Positions 60,384 through 64,000 of a DNA stretch of 64,000 nt are shown in pieces. The stretch is taken from positions 960,001 through 1,024,000 of the forward strand of contig OY970355.1 of the NCBI GenBank assembly GCA_963718525.1, given 5' to 3'. The first letter of the stretch is position 1; every line of letters starts with the position of its first letter. The notes under the pieces were generated by a model. It did no database searches. It was not told the origin of the DNA and worked only from the letters and a program-made list of their open reading frames with translations. Position numbers and translations under genes: made by a program. This stretch comes from Candidatus Dormiibacterota bacterium. Lineage in GTDB: Bacteria > Chloroflexota > Dormibacteria > Aeolococcales > Aeolococcaceae.

Positions 60384-61064
60384 TCAGCCACCGTAGCGTT
60401 GCCGGTATTCCCTTCTCACCTCTTGACGGATCCGCGCGTGCTGGGTTCTCTCGAGCGCCAGCTCCCGTCGGGAACCGAAGAAGGCGTCAAATTCTGCCGC
60501 GGCCCGAGACAGGCCTTCGTCTCCCGGGTGGTAAGTACTCGCGGAATCCTGCCACTCCTCCAGTAGCTCGATCTCGAGCAACACAGGCGCGTTAACATCA
60601 TCAAGCGCTTCCAGTTCGACTTTGAGGCGCGAGAGATGATGAATGTAGCGTTGTTGAAGAACGACCAGGCCATAGTCATCGAGGCAAGCCAAACGCCCGA
60701 CAAGATTCAAGTCCGCTGTTCGCACTCGACCGGCTTCCTCAAAAACAGCGAGGTAGTTCTCCGCAACCCCGAGCAGTGTCGGCAATGGACAAACCCGGTA
60801 ATTGTGCTCCCAGAGGTGGGCAGGGTCTTCGTTAGTCCGCACCACACGCGCCATCATTAGATGCGACCGTAGCCTCGTTCCACTGCGCATTGTGCAGGCA
60901 TGACTCAGGACGATCGCCAGCCCAGGCTCCTCCTCGACGCCCGGAATCGACACCTGCTCAAAGATGTCCCCTTGCAACAGAGGCCGAGTAACTGGTACCT
61001 CGCCATCTTGGCGCCTATACCGGTAGATGAGCTCCGGGGAGGTTGGGGATTCAAGTTCCGCCAC
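60384..61064 (-). CDS. Hypothetical protein, divergent PemK/MazF-like fold suspected
   Basis: QGDIF, AIVLSH.C, HLMMARV, AVFEEAGRV..ADL, RLACL...LQQR spaced like MazF elements. Confidence 0.6.
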   Translation of the reverse strand: MAELESPTSPELIYRYRRQDGEVPVTRPLLQGDIFEQVSIPGVEEEPGLAIVLSHACTMRSGTRLRSHLMMARVVRTNEDPAHLWEHNYRVCPLPTLLGVAENYLAVFEEAGRVRTADLNLVGRLACLDDYGLVVLQQRYIHHLSRLKVELEALDDVNAPVLLEIELLEEWQDSASTYHPGDEGLSRAAAEFDAFFGSRRELALERTQHARIRQEVRREYRQRYGG

Positions 61065-61082
61065 AGTCGCTACGCAGGGCTG

Positions 61083-61730
61083 CTAGCGACGTCGTCGCAA
61101 AGACAGCATCCCGTCGCCGGCTTTGAAGACCTCGTGCTCCGAAACAAGTGACTCCCGCCAATCTTGGCTCAAGACTTCCAGTGCTTGTTCGGGTCGGGCG
61201 TGCCCCGTAGCCAGATCAAATAGGGCGTCCCCTCGGCCAGCCAGCAGCAGGTCAAGCCGCCGCGGCCTGAATCGATCCAAAATGGGTAGCTCAAGCCAAG
61301 ATGCTGGGTCCGCGATGTGGTGCGCGCTGAGCACGCTCAGGGTAGCGGCGAGCTGCGCAAGTCTCATTCGATGTTCGGCAACCGCAGACTGGCCATGCCG
61401 CCACTTTCGCAGCGATTGAACCGTAACACCCACCACTCGCGCGATATCGCTCCAAGACATTCCAAACTCAGTGCTGAGTAACTCAAGTATCTGAGGCACA
61501 CTCAGACGCAGATGCATCTCTATTTGGTCTTGGAGAACAACACGCATCGCATCGTGATTTAGGGCGTCCGCCTGCTCCGCTACCTCGCGAATGTGCGAAC
61601 GGAGCTGTCCGGACTGGTAGGCCAACATCAGACCCGTAGGGATTGGAGACTCTGACCTCGAAAGATTCGCTGGCTCGGTTGTGCCTTGCCGTTCGCTTTC
61701 GACGGCGACGTTAGCCTGTGCTGCAACCAT
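61083..61730 (-). CDS. HTH protein resembling Xre/MbcA-type antitoxins
   Basis: GMSWSDIARVVGVTVQSLRKWRHG, DPASWLELP, RRLDLL. Confidence 0.65.
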   Translation of the reverse strand: MVAAQANVAVESERQGTTEPANLSRSESPIPTGLMLAYQSGQLRSHIREVAEQADALNHDAMRVVLQDQIEMHLRLSVPQILELLSTEFGMSWSDIARVVGVTVQSLRKWRHGQSAVAEHRMRLAQLAATLSVLSAHHIADPASWLELPILDRFRPRRLDLLLAGRGDALFDLATGHARPEQALEVLSQDWRESLVSEHEVFKAGDGMLSLRRRR

Positions 61731-62581
61731 CAGCCACCACCTCTTGAATGCTCGTGCTGTCGAACGGCCGCCTCGCTGGTCTTAACAATCGCGTCGAATA
61801 GCCTACGAACCGGCTCGTGAACTAAGTCAGCAGCGGCAAGCGCCGCCTCTAGGTTGAACGCCGGAAGCGGGGCGGACGCTGTCACTGAGCTATCGATATC
61901 GACCAGATAGTAGGGACCGGTCCGAAGGGGGCTGGGCAGCTTTAGGGGACCTTCTGCAATCGAATATCCACGTAGTGAACCGTGACGAAGGATCACTTCG
62001 TGCCCGTCACCCGATACCAGTCGCGTCACTGTCTGGGCGTCCTCGACCGGATACGACAGCACTCGCGACGGAAGCACATGAGCACTTAGTGCCTCGGGGA
62101 CCACGAACTCTTGCCACTGATCAATACTCACCCTTTCCTCGCTATCGTCAAAGCGCAACTCGTTCCAATATCGGATACCAATTCGATCGATCCCCGAAAT
62201 TGCCTCCATCCGCACACCTAAGCCACCGAGCACTTGCTCAAGCACTGATCGGAATGCGTCCCACGAACGGTAGACAGTGGTCTCGACTGCACAAGTCGAC
62301 GCGCCGACGCTGACAGACGTGTACAGGTCACGAGACATGAATCGGTAGCCTTGCTGGGACGAACTCGATCCCGATAGGTCCGGAACGACAGCACCAGGGA
62401 GATTGATCATCAGCCCGCCACTGGTGAAAGGGCGCACGACCGGGAATTCGGGATTCATCACGCTGACGAGTCGCTGGAGTGAGCTAGGGTCGACCAAGGT
62501 CGGCGATAGCGGAAAGCGCACTTCCGCTACGACGAACCTCAATGACGGCTCGTAGACGCCGCGTCGGGGGGCTGTAACCAT
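61730..62581 (-). CDS. TIGR04255-like protein
   Basis: L.FVVAEVRFP, YRF.S.D, ETTVY.SW..F, RIGIRY.N, YLVDID, F..IV; TGATG coupling to next gene. Confidence 0.8.
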   Translation of the reverse strand: MVTAPRRGVYEPSLRFVVAEVRFPLSPTLVDPSSLQRLVSVMNPEFPVVRPFTSGGLMINLPGAVVPDLSGSSSSQQGYRFMSRDLYTSVSVGASTCAVETTVYRSWDAFRSVLEQVLGGLGVRMEAISGIDRIGIRYWNELRFDDSEERVSIDQWQEFVVPEALSAHVLPSRVLSYPVEDAQTVTRLVSGDGHEVILRHGSLRGYSIAEGPLKLPSPLRTGPYYLVDIDSSVTASAPLPAFNLEAALAAADLVHEPVRRLFDAIVKTSEAAVRQHEHSRGGG

Positions 62582-62614
62582 TTCTGCAACTGTATACGCT
62601 ACTAGATCGCAAAC

Positions 62615-62647
62615 GGTTACGGCAAGCCCTGTTGCTTGTCCGTAACC
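62615..62647. promoter_or_regulatory. Inverted repeat upstream of the TIGR04255-like operon
   Basis: GGTTACGG-CAAGC-N6-GCTTG-T-CCGTAACC. Confidence 0.5.
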
Positions 62648-62861
62648 AGGCTAACGGCTCGCTCGATAGGTGATGTCAGGGGACCCTCGTCCCGCGAGCC
62701 CAAGGGACCGAGAGTGGCCCTACGGGGCGATGATGCCGGGCAATAACGGTCGGAGTCGGCATCATGATCGTTGAGCTCCGGGGTAGTGCTTTGTACGCCA
62801 GCGGACTGCCAACGACCCGTTCTATGGCTTTAATGAGGCCATTGATGCAAGGCGACCGGTC

Positions 62862-63860
62862 GTGACGCGTACCTTGGTCGCCGGGGCCTCGTCGAACTCC
62901 AACGGTGCCCCCCCGATGCTGGAGGAGCGCTTCGCGACTGTTCGCGGGCAGCCGCTTCGCTACCTCGTCTGCGGGCGCGGCAAACCGCTGGTCCTCTGCC
63001 ATGGCTTCCTCAGCTCGGCCGAGGAGTTTGGAGGGAGGTTCAGCGAGCTGGGGGCGTATCGAACCCTGATCATCCCCGACCTTCCAGGGAACGGTGCGTC
63101 ACCGCCGCTCCGCGGACGGCACTCGTCCGGGGCCATGGCCGATGTGCTGTTCGACCTGCTGGCTGAGCTCCAGATCGACAAGTTCGATGTCGGCGGTCTC
63201 TGCCTTGGAGCGACCGTCGCCTGCGCGCTCGCGAAGCGGGCAGGCACCCGAGCCGAGCGGTTGGTCCTTCACACGCCGCTGCTGTCGTCCGACCTGATGC
63301 GCCGGCGCTACCGAGACCAGGTGCGCCTGTTGAGCCGCCGGCCCATGTGGGACGGCGTCGTCTGGTTGAGCCGGCAGCGCTGGGTGAGCGATCTCTACAA
63401 GCGCTTCGTCATCGTCGAGGGCGACGTCGACGATCGCACCGCCGACATCAACTACGAGAATCAGCGCCGCGCGGATCCTCGCGCCGCCCGTGAGTGGCTC
63501 AACGACTGCCTGCACCGCGACGACGTCGATGTGGTCGCCGCACGGGCGGAGCGGACGCTCATCATCGTCGCTCGACACGATCGCCTGGTCGACGTGGAAC
63601 GGCTCAAGGACGTGATCGCGACCCTACCCGACCTCCAGGTGTTCACCGACAGCGACCAGGGTCATGGCTGGAACGAGGAGGCCGTGCACCGTCAGCTGGA
63701 GGTGCTCAAGGCGTTCTTCGGCAACTGCCACGGGAATGGCCACACTAATGGAAGTCAGGTGGTTGCCTCGGGCGTGTCAGCGAACGGCGCTGCGAACGGA
63801 GCAAGCCACGGACGGCCCTCGCTGCGCGACACGGTCAGTGTCCCGCTCTCCCACGCCTGA
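62862..63860 (+). CDS. Alpha/beta hydrolase fold protein
   Basis: LVLCHGF, PDLPGNG, GLCLGA elbow (Cys at nucleophile position), GHGW; start may be 62916; host-like GC. Confidence 0.85.
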   Translation: MTRTLVAGASSNSNGAPPMLEERFATVRGQPLRYLVCGRGKPLVLCHGFLSSAEEFGGRFSELGAYRTLIIPDLPGNGASPPLRGRHSSGAMADVLFDLLAELQIDKFDVGGLCLGATVACALAKRAGTRAERLVLHTPLLSSDLMRRRYRDQVRLLSRRPMWDGVVWLSRQRWVSDLYKRFVIVEGDVDDRTADINYENQRRADPRAAREWLNDCLHRDDVDVVAARAERTLIIVARHDRLVDVERLKDVIATLPDLQVFTDSDQGHGWNEEAVHRQLEVLKAFFGNCHGNGHTNGSQVVASGVSANGAANGASHGRPSLRDTVSVPLSHA

Positions 63861-64000
63861 GCGCGACAGGGTCATCCCGGCCTCACCGGCCGTCGTCCCA
63901 GGTCAGCGCCCTCGAGCTCGAGGAGACCCCGGTTTGCGCTCGAGCCCCCACCCATATCCGGTCAGCCCCCCATCAGTGCCGATCAGGCGATGGCTTGGGA

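Larger units (their letters stand above)
41815..62700. mobile_element. Integrated ~21 kb satellite-like/integrative element with defence cargo (right end approximate)
   Basis: Integrase, excisionase, prim-pol, helicase, iterons, resolvase, defence genes; visibly lower GC and different codon use than flanks, especially 50-62.7 kb. Confidence 0.85.

Noticed and set aside
62645-62745. Possible attR: ACCAGGCTAA resembles ACCAGGTTAG at 41801-41810, and a minus frame reads HH...VPWARG like an HNH N-half
   Set aside because: Only 8/10 identity and the HH-to-W spacing does not fit the HNH motif; right boundary left unresolved
1-64000. CRISPR arrays, tRNA, rRNA, IS transposases
   Set aside because: None recognised by eye; a covariance-model scan would be needed to exclude small RNAs

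Overview
High-GC (roughly 68-70% by eye) bacterial chromosome segment starting at the replication origin (3' end of dnaA, oriC, dnaN). Gene style suggests a soil Chloroflexota/Ca. Dormibacterota- or actinobacterial-like organism (inference only). Bases 1-41.5 kb are core/housekeeping genes: inverted recF-dciA, folPK, acyl-CoA metabolism, two orphan DNA methyltransferases, an SF1 helicase, ECF sigma-ogt, tandem GGDEF-EAL, fabI-fabF-macro and uppP. From about 41.8 to 62.7 kb there is an integrated element, lower in GC over its cargo half. It has a phiRv1-like large serine integrase whose start abuts a truncated HNH (DUF222/REP13E12-type) gene, then an excisionase, primase-polymerase and helicase with an inverted 9-bp iteron origin, an XRE regulator, a second resolvase, and no capsid or conjugation genes. 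Its cargo is a co-oriented six-gene defence-like cassette: TIGR04255-like / HTH antitoxin-like / MazF-fold-like, then SNF2-DUF3883 / DUF1156 methyltransferase / HEPN-DUF499 ATPase. The helicase and ATPase genes each carry a +1 frameshift that maps to the same GAGTTC hexamer. All family calls come from motif recognition by eye; no database searches were run.
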